DNA of 64,000 nucleotides. Origin: a virus. The stretch is taken from positions 32,001 to 96,000 of the IMG/VR virus record IMGVR_UViG_3300029908_000007. One strand, written 5' to 3'. How positions within the stretch are numbered: position 1 is the stretch's first letter; each line of letters starts with the position of its first letter. Under the pieces are notes generated by a model, which was not told the origin of the DNA, made no database searches, and saw only the letters and a program-made list of their open reading frames with translations. Shown piece after piece: positions 18,277 through 27,494 of the stretch. The position numbers were made by a program, and so were the translations under genes.

Positions 18277-20130
18277 ATGGCGACAGAAACTCCTAAAACC
18301 GGCCCAACATATATCCATGGTGTTGGATCTAGCACTGCAATTGATACTGCCGGAGAAATTGTGGATTTGGCCGGTATCGACTGTTCTGCACTTCTGCAAG
18401 GCCCATTTTCCTGGGAACATCAAAATACTCAACCAAATCAACTAGTTGGAAAAATATTAGAATACAAAAAGATCTTTTCTGAAGCTGATTGCGAAAACGA
18501 ACATCACAAACGCTTTTGGGAAAAATGCCAAAATCCGTTCCTTTATGTAATGGGACGTCTTTTTGATGATAAAAAGGACTCTTCAAAAGAAGTCGCTGCC
18601 TTATTCATAGACGATGCGGAACATCCTGATGAGCCCCCAATGGTTGGATTCAGCATCGAGGGCAGCAAAGTCGACAAAAAGGGTATTATAGTGACAAAAT
18701 CTATTGCTCGCAAAGTAACCGTGACAAATGCTCCCGCCAATAAACAGTGCGTCGCCGAACTCATTCCCGGCCCTGAAGTCAAACAAAAATCCGAAGACTC
18801 CATCTTTAAATCCGAATTCACCCATACCATCGATCTTGTAAAAACCGAACTTAAAAAAGACGGCAACATGCCCGCTCCTGCGGCCTCACCAAAACCTGAT
18901 CTGGGTTGGACCGCTAATCCTACCCCTTTTGGTAATCCTATGAGCAATCTAATGTCAGGACTTGGAATGGGTAAAAAAGAAATGAAAAAATCCCAGGTTC
19001 CTGGTAGCAAATATCCGCCGAAGTCTGATGTTAAGCCTGGAACTCCTCCCCAAGAAAAAGTTGGAGGCATTCCTAAGTTTGGACCCATTGCTAAACCAAC
19101 ACCCAAACCTTTAGAAAAAGCCCGTGTTGATGAAGGCAAGACTCCGGAACGAAAAGCTTGGGATAGATCTGCTAGAAATGATAGAACTGGCACCACAACT
19201 ACAACTTGGATTAAACGTCCTAGTGCGGTTGGAGAATTGCTGGGTGCAAAACCTAAAAAAGAAACTCAAACCAATACTCGTTCCCATGCAGCCGCCGGTA
19301 ACATCGATATGAGAATCGGAACTGCCGCAACCCCAGGACATGCGCCCAGAACATCGTCTACACATGGCGGTGGGACCGTTACGTCGAGTAGAAAAGTAAT
19401 AGGTACACCTGCTAAATCAATGCAAAAAGCAATGACCGCTGGATCCGGTATGGCTGGACCCGGTACCCTTAGTGGTGGTGCCGCGCTTAGTAAGGAAAGT
19501 CTTGACAAGAAGATGAAAAAGGCCGAACTTTTGAAACGCGCCAAAGAAGCCTACCAGACCTGGGAAAAGAGAGAAGCTTTTGAGAATTTTATGGCAAAAA
19601 GTATGCCAGAACTTACGAAGCATGAAATTATTGCTATTGGTCAAACGATTGCTTTGTCTAAGTCCTTAAAAGCTGAAGCCAAATTAGCCAAGATGCTAAC
19701 TTCTAAAGAAGCTATTGATGAGAACGAAATCGGGACCAAGTTCGACAAGAACATGGCAGGCGACAATATCAGTTCTTATGTTTCGCCTGCAACTGGCAAT
19801 CTAGGTGCTTCTGAAGATTTTAAGAAAGCTGAAAAGAAAGCCCCTGGTGAATATGGTAATGTTGAGCCACATACTAGCCATAAAGGTATGATGGGTTTAG
19901 GTTTCGACTTTCACATGAAACAGAGTGGGATCCATAAGGAACACGCCGAAAAAGCCCATACTAGCGGAAATAAAGATTTGGGCCAGAAGCACCGTGAAAT
20001 GGCCGAAATGCATCGCATGTATACTCACGCTCTTCCTCATGAAAAAGATGAGCCGGGTCGTGATTATTCTTCCGCTGAAAAAAGCGCTAAAAAATTAAGG
20101 ATTGCCTTAACAAAATCTGAATCTGAATAG
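18277..20130 (+). CDS. Prohead protease with a long scaffold/cargo-like C-terminal extension
   Basis: IHGVGSSTAIDTAGEIV...SWEH...VGFSIEG...VTVTNAPAN (HK97/U35-type His-Ser protease); many K-S/A motifs in the tail. Confidence 0.8.
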   Translation: MATETPKTGPTYIHGVGSSTAIDTAGEIVDLAGIDCSALLQGPFSWEHQNTQPNQLVGKILEYKKIFSEADCENEHHKRFWEKCQNPFLYVMGRLFDDKKDSSKEVAALFIDDAEHPDEPPMVGFSIEGSKVDKKGIIVTKSIARKVTVTNAPANKQCVAELIPGPEVKQKSEDSIFKSEFTHTIDLVKTELKKDGNMPAPAASPKPDLGWTANPTPFGNPMSNLMSGLGMGKKEMKKSQVPGSKYPPKSDVKPGTPPQEKVGGIPKFGPIAKPTPKPLEKARVDEGKTPERKAWDRSARNDRTGTTTTTWIKRPSAVGELLGAKPKKETQTNTRSHAAAGNIDMRIGTAATPGHAPRTSSTHGGGTVTSSRKVIGTPAKSMQKAMTAGSGMAGPGTLSGGAALSKESLDKKMKKAELLKRAKEAYQTWEKREAFENFMAKSMPELTKHEIIAIGQTIALSKSLKAEAKLAKMLTSKEAIDENEIGTKFDKNMAGDNISSYVSPATGNLGASEDFKKAEKKAPGEYGNVEPHTSHKGMMGLGFDFHMKQSGIHKEHAEKAHTSGNKDLGQKHREMAEMHRMYTHALPHEKDEPGRDYSSAEKSAKKLRIALTKSESE

Positions 20131-20144
20131 ATCTTAATTTCCCC

Positions 20145-20173
20145 TTGACAAATTCTATCTCTTATAATAACCT
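20145..20173 (+). promoter_or_regulatory. sigma70-like promoter
   Basis: TTGACA-N17-TAACCT; GGAGG RBS downstream. Confidence 0.55.
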
Positions 20174-20190
20174 CTGTACTGGGAGGCATT

Positions 20191-20553
20191 ATGGGCACAA
20201 AAGTGTTTTGTTACAGGAATTTACACCAAAAAGGCGTCGTTTGGTCAGTAAAAAATGTTAAAACCGGATTAGTAATAGATAGATCTAAAACCGTATACAT
20301 TTCAATGGCCGATCTCATAGTTTCTCAAGCCGGACGCGATAGAGTGATAAGAGAGAAGAGAAAGCATGTCCACGCCGGTATCAGGGGTAAAAGGATCAAA
20401 GCAGCCCCTAAGAATGTGGTTTGGATTAAAGCTACTTACAATCCATACTTATATAACTCTTTTGTTACTTCCGAAGATGAAATTCCTATTCATTCTGCCA
20501 GATATGCTAAATTAAATAGGTTTGGTTTGTGGATTGGAAACCTTAAGCGTTGA
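20191..20553 (+). CDS. Conserved hypothetical phage protein
   Basis: VFCYRNLH...WSV...GRDRVIREKRKHVHA...YNPY pattern; own promoter and RBS. Confidence 0.65.
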   Translation: MGTKVFCYRNLHQKGVVWSVKNVKTGLVIDRSKTVYISMADLIVSQAGRDRVIREKRKHVHAGIRGKRIKAAPKNVVWIKATYNPYLYNSFVTSEDEIPIHSARYAKLNRFGLWIGNLKR

Positions 20554-21145
20554 AATATCTAGCATTCCCAACAGGATGTAGGTCGATATGAATCCATGTT
20601 GGAGTATTGCGTTCCATCCTAATCCCGTACTTCTCTAAAAATGGTTCCAAGATCCCATGCGTTTGTTCTATTGTAAGTTTAGGACTGCAATCGAAATCGC
20701 AAGCCAAAAACTGGGCATGGACATCGTTTGGAATTGCCTTGACTACTTGAGCGTTATACTCCGGAGAACGATACATACAATGCACGGATATAGGGCACCC
20801 CAGCAACGTCCTAATTTCTTCCATCTTATTGCAAAGTACTACTAGTTTTGCTTTCCCATCATCAGTTAAGCCGTCTGCTGCCGTAGCCAGTCGATTCCAA
20901 CTATGTAAAGTAACGGCATCTCCCACAGTGAAATGGGGGGTAATGGAGTAGTCCTTGTTGGTCCAGTCGATCGCCCCCACAGGGGTGATCCCAGCAGCAG
21001 GCGAGGAAGACTCAGGAGCCACCGCAGGTTCTTCCTTAGGCGCCCCAATAGGGATATCTACCGAGATCTCTGTCTTTCCATCAGCCTTATTACTAAGAAA
21101 ACTTAACAGTATCTTACCCAATGTAGCCCAAATCGAATCGCCCAT
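20543..21145 (-). CDS. Endolysin, peptidase M15A-like (Zn D-Ala-D-Ala peptidase fold)
   Basis: HFTVGD...YRSPEYN...HAQFLACD...WIHID; RBS AAGGAG; AATCTTTA upstream. Confidence 0.8.
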   Translation of the reverse strand: MGDSIWATLGKILLSFLSNKADGKTEISVDIPIGAPKEEPAVAPESSSPAAGITPVGAIDWTNKDYSITPHFTVGDAVTLHSWNRLATAADGLTDDGKAKLVVLCNKMEEIRTLLGCPISVHCMYRSPEYNAQVVKAIPNDVHAQFLACDFDCSPKLTIEQTHGILEPFLEKYGIRMERNTPTWIHIDLHPVGNARYFNA

Positions 21146-21154
21146 ATTATCTCC

Positions 21155-21183
21155 TTGACATCGGAATCTTTAACTGGTAACCT
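21155..21183 (+). promoter_or_regulatory. sigma70-like promoter
   Basis: TTGACA-N17-TAACCT with upstream TG. Confidence 0.55.
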
Positions 21184-21207
21184 TATAAAGATTGTCGTGG
21201 TAAATAC

Positions 21208-21522
21208 ATGAGATTAGACATAGTTTTTGGGTCGGATGGGACAAAAAAGAGAGTAGTTTGGGATCAATCTCTTGAGTCCTTCCCAAAGCTCATGTTGTAC
21301 CAGGGCAAGAAATGGGAATGGGCAATGTATAAGGAAACACCATACGCGGATTACGAACTCATTTATTCCCAACTCCCTACCTATGACCCCAATTTCTACG
21401 TGAACGACTACACGGTTTTCGAAGACAGATTTGAGAAAAGCATTGGCTGCGAATGCGGAGCACATTGGACCAGCTTTCCAAATTTTCACATGTTTTATTG
21501 TAAAAAATGGGTAGCCTGGTAA
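21208..21522 (+). CDS. Hypothetical protein with C-terminal Cys/His cluster
   Basis: CECGAH...H..YC; promoter upstream. Confidence 0.6.
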   Translation: MRLDIVFGSDGTKKRVVWDQSLESFPKLMLYQGKKWEWAMYKETPYADYELIYSQLPTYDPNFYVNDYTVFEDRFEKSIGCECGAHWTSFPNFHMFYCKKWVAW

Positions 21523-21890
21523 TGGGTTACAAAAGCCTCTACACAGAACTCGCCTCTGCTTTAGATCACCTAGGTGTAGCGGTTTGCGATCACGACTACA
21601 TGGGCTATTGCTTTCAAACCCTGGGTCTCAGAGGTTTTATCTATATCAAAAGTCGCCTGACCTACAAGGAGAAGTACATGGCACTCTGTCATGAAACCGG
21701 CCACCTGTTTTACATGAAAAAGGGTAAAACGTTGAACTGGTCGAAAAAGCCCAGAACCGAAGAACAAGCCAATTGGTTCGCCATGCAACTGCTTAGACGC
21801 AACGGAATCGACGTCGAAGAATACAAAGAATTTTACAACAAAGCATTAGTAGCTGTTAAAAAAAGAAAGAAATCGTGGTTTGAAATATGA
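21522..21890 (+). CDS. ImmA/IrrE-like Zn metallopeptidase
   Basis: LCHETGH...EEQANWFA. Confidence 0.7.
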   Translation: MGYKSLYTELASALDHLGVAVCDHDYMGYCFQTLGLRGFIYIKSRLTYKEKYMALCHETGHLFYMKKGKTLNWSKKPRTEEQANWFAMQLLRRNGIDVEEYKEFYNKALVAVKKRKKSWFEI

Positions 21891-21918
21891 ATGGTGACGA
21901 CTTAATCAATTTGCTGGA

Positions 21919-22680
21919 TTAATCGCGCTGTTTGGCGAGTTCGTCGTGGTCGGCATTGATGTAGGTGATGTGGCCGCTTTTGTTGAACCCATAACCCTGT
22001 GGAACATAAATCATAGTACAGCGGCAGTGTGGGTGCAAAAGCAGGATGGAAGGAAAATCTTCTCCCCTTACGTGATAGCCACCGGAAAGCTCTGACAGTT
22101 TAAATAAACGGGGTTGTCCGGAAGGAGTTAGGTGGACTTTTACACACTCCTTGCAGGTCACATTGTCTCTAATAACGATGAATGCCACGGTTGGATCTTT
22201 ATCGCCGGTTTCCGCAGCTTTCCTTGAGATATCCATCAAAGCGCCGAGATTACGAGTTTTCGTGGCTTCTGAGGCCGCAATCCTCTCCATACCGCTCTTG
22301 GCCTTACCCAGTTCTTCTTGTACAACCTGGTTCAGGGCTTCCTCTGGTATGGGTTGATTGGCGATCCTAGCCTCTCTGGCGAGCCCGTCAAGGCGCTCCG
22401 AGATGGCTGTGGTGGTCTTAGCCTTCAAAGACTCGATATACCCAAAGGCACCCCCTAGGATGCCTTTAATGACGTCGTTTTCGGTATGATTGAGGTATCG
22501 ATTGTTCATTGCCTGGATGAACAGCGTGGCCAGGGTAACGCCCTCGGCGAAGCCTATTAGGGTGATTTTCTTATGGTGGAGTTTGGGAATAGGGCCTAAA
22601 AGGCGCAGGGCGGTCTTATCGAAAAGGTCTTCGACTACTCTGTTGATTTGCTCTTTGGACTGAGAAGAGATGCCATACAT
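21919..22680 (-). CDS. Phage Mu gpF-like minor head protein
   Basis: RIAASE...D.VTCKEC...HPHCRC; downstream of portal. Confidence 0.75.
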   Translation of the reverse strand: MYGISSQSKEQINRVVEDLFDKTALRLLGPIPKLHHKKITLIGFAEGVTLATLFIQAMNNRYLNHTENDVIKGILGGAFGYIESLKAKTTTAISERLDGLAREARIANQPIPEEALNQVVQEELGKAKSGMERIAASEATKTRNLGALMDISRKAAETGDKDPTVAFIVIRDNVTCKECVKVHLTPSGQPRLFKLSELSGGYHVRGEDFPSILLLHPHCRCTMIYVPQGYGFNKSGHITYINADHDELAKQRD

Positions 22681-22690
22681 GAAACACTAC

Positions 22691-22888
22691 TTAGTTTTTA
22701 ATAATATTAAACAGAAGAGGAAATTTCTTTTTGAGTTCTGAATTGGTCATAATTTTATTGGGCTCTTTTTCAAGCATTCCCATACCCTTTTTAAATTCTT
22801 TAGATTCCAATTTGAACTTTTTCTTTTCCTTTTCAAAGTCCTTAAGAAATTTATCTACTTCTTTTTCTAATTGTTTTACAGTTTTCAT
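22691..22888 (-). CDS. Small Lys/Glu-rich hypothetical protein
   Basis: RBS AAGGA; fills the gap in the operon. Confidence 0.45.
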   Translation of the reverse strand: MKTVKQLEKEVDKFLKDFEKEKKKFKLESKEFKKGMGMLEKEPNKIMTNSELKKKFPLLFNIIKN

Positions 22889-22891
22889 AAA

Positions 22892-23530
22892 TCAATCCTT
22901 CTTAACGACTCCATCCACATTGAGAATATTAGAAATGTCTGAAGCCGCTTTTGATTCTTCTTGAGCCCACTTTGCGAAGACGTCGCCGACGATTTTTTCC
23001 TGCATACTGAGAGCTTTCTTGGCGGGTTCCGGCAGGTTGGCCTGGAGTCGTGGGGTGAAGTTAAGAGCAGCCTTAGGGGCTTTACCCATTTTGGTGTTCT
23101 TGATGGCGTCCATGGATTTGGTAAGGTTGATCTGAATTTGAAGTGATTTAATATCTGAAAGCGTCTTCTTGAGATCGCCGAGTTCCATGGAAGTGATTTC
23201 GGATTTGCCAAGCATCCCCTCAAGTTTGGAAATGTGTTGATCGAGTTCGTCGCCATTGGGGTTCTGAGAAACGGGTTGACCCGGCTGTTCCGGGGCTCCG
23301 GCTTCTTCGCCAGGTGCGGCTTCTTCGCCGGGTTGGCCGGGTTGGCCGGGCTGTTGGCCGCCCGCTGCGGCTTGTGCCATAGCGTTGGCATCTTGAACCT
23401 GTTGTGCGGCTTGATCGAGTTGAGATTGCTGGAGACCGGCTTCCACTCCCAACCTGAAAGCCAGGTCAACGGTGCTCTGAAACTTTGTCTTAAGATCTTT
23501 GTATTTTGCTTTGTAGTCGGTTAATGACAT
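22892..23530 (-). CDS. Hypothetical head-associated protein (QPG-rich linker)
   Basis: RBS GAGGT; LGKSE and LTKSM motifs; lies in the portal operon. Confidence 0.65.
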   Translation of the reverse strand: MSLTDYKAKYKDLKTKFQSTVDLAFRLGVEAGLQQSQLDQAAQQVQDANAMAQAAAGGQQPGQPGQPGEEAAPGEEAGAPEQPGQPVSQNPNGDELDQHISKLEGMLGKSEITSMELGDLKKTLSDIKSLQIQINLTKSMDAIKNTKMGKAPKAALNFTPRLQANLPEPAKKALSMQEKIVGDVFAKWAQEESKAASDISNILNVDGVVKKD

Positions 23531-23531
23531 A

Positions 23532-24587
23532 TTAGGCTACCTCTTTGAGTGAAACTTCTAAAAATTTAAGGCATTGGTCGACACATGCTTGTCGATCTAG
23601 ATCCCAATCGGTTTCTTTGATATGAAGAATTTCTATCCCTTTATTAGCAAACCAGAAATCCTTGATTTTCTGATAGTTGATCAGATCTTCGTCAGGCCAA
23701 TTAGGCCTACCTCTTTTAAGTCCTTCAAAGCTATGATGATATCTTCCATCAAATTCAATACCTTTACGAAGTTCTGGAATATAGATGTCTAACTCAAAAC
23801 CGTGAATATGAGGTTTTCCTTCTATTTTAACTTTTCGATCCCAAAATTTCTGAGCCTTTGGGTAAAGAGCTTTTATTACATTAAAAAGGTCTATTTCAGC
23901 CAATGAAGAGCCAGTATAGTTACTGTTTGGGAAAACTATTTTATCTAAGAGCTTCCTTTTCCATGCAACCCTGTACAGGTTAGGATTTTCCTTAAGAAAT
24001 TCACCCTGACTCCTATATTTAGAACCCTCTTTTATAACGTAAGAATTGGTATAAAGCGCAAGAGGATGGTTTTCTCCTATAGAATCTGTCATATGACCAC
24101 AAAGATCCTCTAATAGTCCTCTTCTATAGATAGCCATATAAGAATCAAAATCGTGTTCCCTAAAAAGAGATATTTTATCATAAAGAAGGGCTATTTTCTT
24201 TAACTTTTTGTGCGTGTGCTTTTTATTGGAATGCTCGTCTCCCGCCGGATTTGCCTCAACAACATGATCTGTAATTTTGTTAAAAATGCCTCTATTGTGA
24301 GCAAGCACATACTCACTAGGGTATTTTTTTCTGAATTCTTTTTTTGTTTTACAACTTCTGGCTTTTTTCTCAATAGCTGCGTCAGTATGCCTAAATTTAG
24401 GATGATTTTCTCCAAACAAAGTTCCGCTGATCATATGAGAACAAGCTTCTTTAAGAATTCGTCTTTTGTGACATAAAGTGTAAGCACTTCTATCCCCCTT
24501 AGAAAAAGCTCCAGGTGTTTCAAAGGATAGCGCTCTTTTAAACAATTCTTCATTAGAAACTGGTTTGTTGCTTTTCCTTTTCTTCAT
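23532..24587 (-). CDS. Homing-endonuclease-like protein, paralog of 153..1160 (four helical repeats plus nuclease)
   Basis: HIHGFELDIY...GIEFDGRYHHSFE...W.DED..NY..IKD...LHIKE..W..D.QAC closely matches ORF 153; GENHP linkers. Confidence 0.75.
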   Translation of the reverse strand: MKKRKSNKPVSNEELFKRALSFETPGAFSKGDRSAYTLCHKRRILKEACSHMISGTLFGENHPKFRHTDAAIEKKARSCKTKKEFRKKYPSEYVLAHNRGIFNKITDHVVEANPAGDEHSNKKHTHKKLKKIALLYDKISLFREHDFDSYMAIYRRGLLEDLCGHMTDSIGENHPLALYTNSYVIKEGSKYRSQGEFLKENPNLYRVAWKRKLLDKIVFPNSNYTGSSLAEIDLFNVIKALYPKAQKFWDRKVKIEGKPHIHGFELDIYIPELRKGIEFDGRYHHSFEGLKRGRPNWPDEDLINYQKIKDFWFANKGIEILHIKETDWDLDRQACVDQCLKFLEVSLKEVA

Positions 24588-24588
24588 T

Positions 24589-26448
24589 TTAGGCGCCTTC
24601 TTCCTCATCAAGAAGCATATCTTCTATTTCCATGGAAAGCAAATCTTTTATTAGTTCGGGTGGTCTAGGAGCATATAAGGCCTTGATAGCGTTAGGATTT
24701 GCTTGCATTAAAAGTTGAAAATTTTGAAGCCAGAAGGCATCACGTTTGAATTTAAGTAAAGGATCAAAAATTGCGCCAGGGTCTCCAAAGAACCTAGTTC
24801 TGACTTCGCCGACGTTCGAATAAAAATCGAGTACCTGTCTATAACGCTCATTAAACGGAACCGCTCCGCCCATTGCCTTACCAACCGGATCTAGATCAAC
24901 TTCTCTTTGTAGCGTATCGTAGTCGTAGAAAAGTGCGGAGTCCTGTTGAAGACGTGCGGCTTCCTGCTCCTTTGATTCGGAATCGAGGCCGGAAAGTTTT
25001 ATTTCTACGATTTGTGCGAGTTCGGCGTCGATGATTGGAAGCAGTCGTTGATTTAAAAATACCTGCCAGCCTAAGATCAAAGGGCGCAAGCCGGAATCAC
25101 GAGCGGCGGTCATTTTAAATTCGTTATTACTTTCGCTGAGAGTTTGAGAATTTGTTCCCTTAGACAGATGTCCATACCCAGGAATTTCATCAGGCGACAC
25201 ACCGAATGCCGCCAAAATATTTCTGGCTATTTGATCGTAAGTATAAGAGAATTCGGAATCGCCAAGTTTGTCCGCCGTACCAATCCACGCGACGTCATCT
25301 TCTTTCGCGATCCCAAAGATCGGGGTTCTAAAAGCGTTGGAGACAGAATTGATAGATGCGTTGAATTGCATTTTAATTGCATCAAGCATCTGTTGATCAA
25401 CCTCGTCGCTCTTGATAACTAACATCCCTTTGGCTGATTTACCGTTACTGAAATATGTTTTCCAGTAGGCTTCGATAGAAATATGCGTGGTGATGCAATT
25501 CATACAGGTATCTAGTGGTGAAACCGGATAGCCGTTGTGCTCGATGTCGGTGCTTGGGAAGAGATTGTAGACAAGCATTTCATTCGACGTAAACGCCTGT
25601 CGTGGCTGCATTTCAATAACTTGTAGCCAGGTATACTCGTCTTCCTTGAGTTTTTGCATGTCGATGTTAAACGACGCGCCTTCCATTTGCTCCAATGCTT
25701 TTAGCGCAAGTTCTCTTAGATTATTTCCAACGCTTTCGCCTTTACGAACGGCACGAAAAATTGTAGCAATATCTACGGGACGAAATCTATGAAAAGGATA
25801 ATTACCGTCTTTGTCGGGATCCTTAGATCTGTCGTAGATAATTTCAGTGCCATGCGATCCAAAAGCAAGTCCGTTTTGAGTTTGAATGCTCAAGTAATCC
25901 GATAACACCATTTGGTCTTGGTGTTCCAAACCCTCGGTGTGTCCGCAATTAAGCAAAATCTTTTCCAGACGTTTGATTCTTTCCACGACTTTTGTGTACT
26001 GCTCAGGAGTCAATAGTTTTAAAAACTCCGGTCTGATATCAACTTCAACACCAACGTCGAAACGGTCCTTTTTGAGGTGACCGTAGAGTTTCATGATGTT
26101 GCCGCGAGTTCTTAGAATGGCGGCGACAAGATGGTCGGTGACACGGATGGCCTTGATGAGTTCGGGAGGAAGCAGACGGGTACGGGCTTTGAACAAGCCT
26201 AAAAAATTTGATTGCGGTGCTGGGAGTTCGGAAAATGCAAGAGAGGGAGCTTTTTTCTTAGCAGCGGTTCCAGACAGAACTCTAATAGCTTCTGATAATG
26301 GTTTGGTTTCGCCCTTGCGTAGATCAGTTCCTGGAACTGCCAAAGCTTCTAACGCTTTGGCCAAAGACGTTAGGCTATGCTCTTGGCTTCCTTCTTCAGG
26401 ACTATCACCAAAGGTAATGCTGACGGTTTTTTTATCTTTGACGTCCAT
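24589..26448 (-). CDS. Portal protein
   Basis: 619 aa downstream of terminase; FRPVD.ATI, GYPVSPL, YFSNG...KGML, AFGVSPDEI motifs. Confidence 0.85.
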   Translation of the reverse strand: MDVKDKKTVSITFGDSPEEGSQEHSLTSLAKALEALAVPGTDLRKGETKPLSEAIRVLSGTAAKKKAPSLAFSELPAPQSNFLGLFKARTRLLPPELIKAIRVTDHLVAAILRTRGNIMKLYGHLKKDRFDVGVEVDIRPEFLKLLTPEQYTKVVERIKRLEKILLNCGHTEGLEHQDQMVLSDYLSIQTQNGLAFGSHGTEIIYDRSKDPDKDGNYPFHRFRPVDIATIFRAVRKGESVGNNLRELALKALEQMEGASFNIDMQKLKEDEYTWLQVIEMQPRQAFTSNEMLVYNLFPSTDIEHNGYPVSPLDTCMNCITTHISIEAYWKTYFSNGKSAKGMLVIKSDEVDQQMLDAIKMQFNASINSVSNAFRTPIFGIAKEDDVAWIGTADKLGDSEFSYTYDQIARNILAAFGVSPDEIPGYGHLSKGTNSQTLSESNNEFKMTAARDSGLRPLILGWQVFLNQRLLPIIDAELAQIVEIKLSGLDSESKEQEAARLQQDSALFYDYDTLQREVDLDPVGKAMGGAVPFNERYRQVLDFYSNVGEVRTRFFGDPGAIFDPLLKFKRDAFWLQNFQLLMQANPNAIKALYAPRPPELIKDLLSMEIEDMLLDEEEGA

Positions 26449-26470
26449 ATAGACCCTTATATATCACAAC

Positions 26471-27424
26471 TTACTCAGTACTAAGCAAGGTAATGTTGGA
26501 CAGGTTGATCGAGGTATTGGTAACCGCGAGGCTATAGACAGTTGCATTGAGCAAGAATAAACCGGGATTGACTAGACCGTTACTCACGAGCGGAGTAATG
26601 GTTGGACCAGGAGTTCCGCCGTTAATAATCAATTGCGTGTCCTGATCGACTTCCATATAGACCATGGTTTTGGCCATACTGTAAATGGCGACTTCTGTGG
26701 TAATAGGTCCTTCGGTTGGAAGATCCCCGGTATAACTAAACTGAACCCAATAATCGGTTACCAGGGTAATCTGATATGCGTTTTGAGAAACCGGAGAAAA
26801 GCCCGACGTGATCGCCAGAGTATCGCCGATTTGAACACCAGCAGCACTAAAAATCCTAACTTGATTAGCATAATCAGACCCCAAGGTGATAGGACCTTCG
26901 ATATAACCGCTTGGATTTACTACTGTAAAGCTATTACTTGTTTTGGAAATAATCTGCCAAATACCAGTAGTTCCCTGGTTTAGGGGATTGAAATTACTGC
27001 CGATTAATACGTCGTCGCCGGGCTGAACCGAGGTGAGTGTCGGGAGAGTCCCGCCAGTGAAGGTGTAGGTTAGAAGAGGGCCATTTACAGAAGTTGTGAC
27101 CTGAGTCGTAGCGTCGCTGCCGATAGTTCTTAGAGTTCGAAAAGTAGGAGCGGTGCCACCGGTATTGATGAGCTGGTAGATGCTGGTTTGAAACGGAGCG
27201 AGTGCTAGGCTGTATTGAGTGGTTCCATCTTGGGTGAGTGTTCTGGCACCACTAAAGAGCGTCTGTGTGGCGCCTGCGGCAACCTGGAACGTTTCAGAGA
27301 GCGCATTTTCAATAGTGGCGTTACTGATTTCGCGTGTCCATCTAAAATTTTGGGCGCGAGGCTGGTTTGAGGGACAACTGTCTTCGTAAGCATTAAGAAA
27401 AATGAGAGTTTTAAGAGTGGCCAT
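26471..27424 (-). CDS. Virion structural protein (beta-rich)
   Basis: T/G/S-rich; between terminase and portal; AATCTTTA and AGGAG upstream. Confidence 0.55.
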   Translation of the reverse strand: MATLKTLIFLNAYEDSCPSNQPRAQNFRWTREISNATIENALSETFQVAAGATQTLFSGARTLTQDGTTQYSLALAPFQTSIYQLINTGGTAPTFRTLRTIGSDATTQVTTSVNGPLLTYTFTGGTLPTLTSVQPGDDVLIGSNFNPLNQGTTGIWQIISKTSNSFTVVNPSGYIEGPITLGSDYANQVRIFSAAGVQIGDTLAITSGFSPVSQNAYQITLVTDYWVQFSYTGDLPTEGPITTEVAIYSMAKTMVYMEVDQDTQLIINGGTPGPTITPLVSNGLVNPGLFLLNATVYSLAVTNTSINLSNITLLSTE

Positions 27425-27494
27425 CGTTTTACGCTCCTGGTAAGATAAAGATTCATCTTTTGGAACGGGATAGATAAATAATGGTAATTATTGA

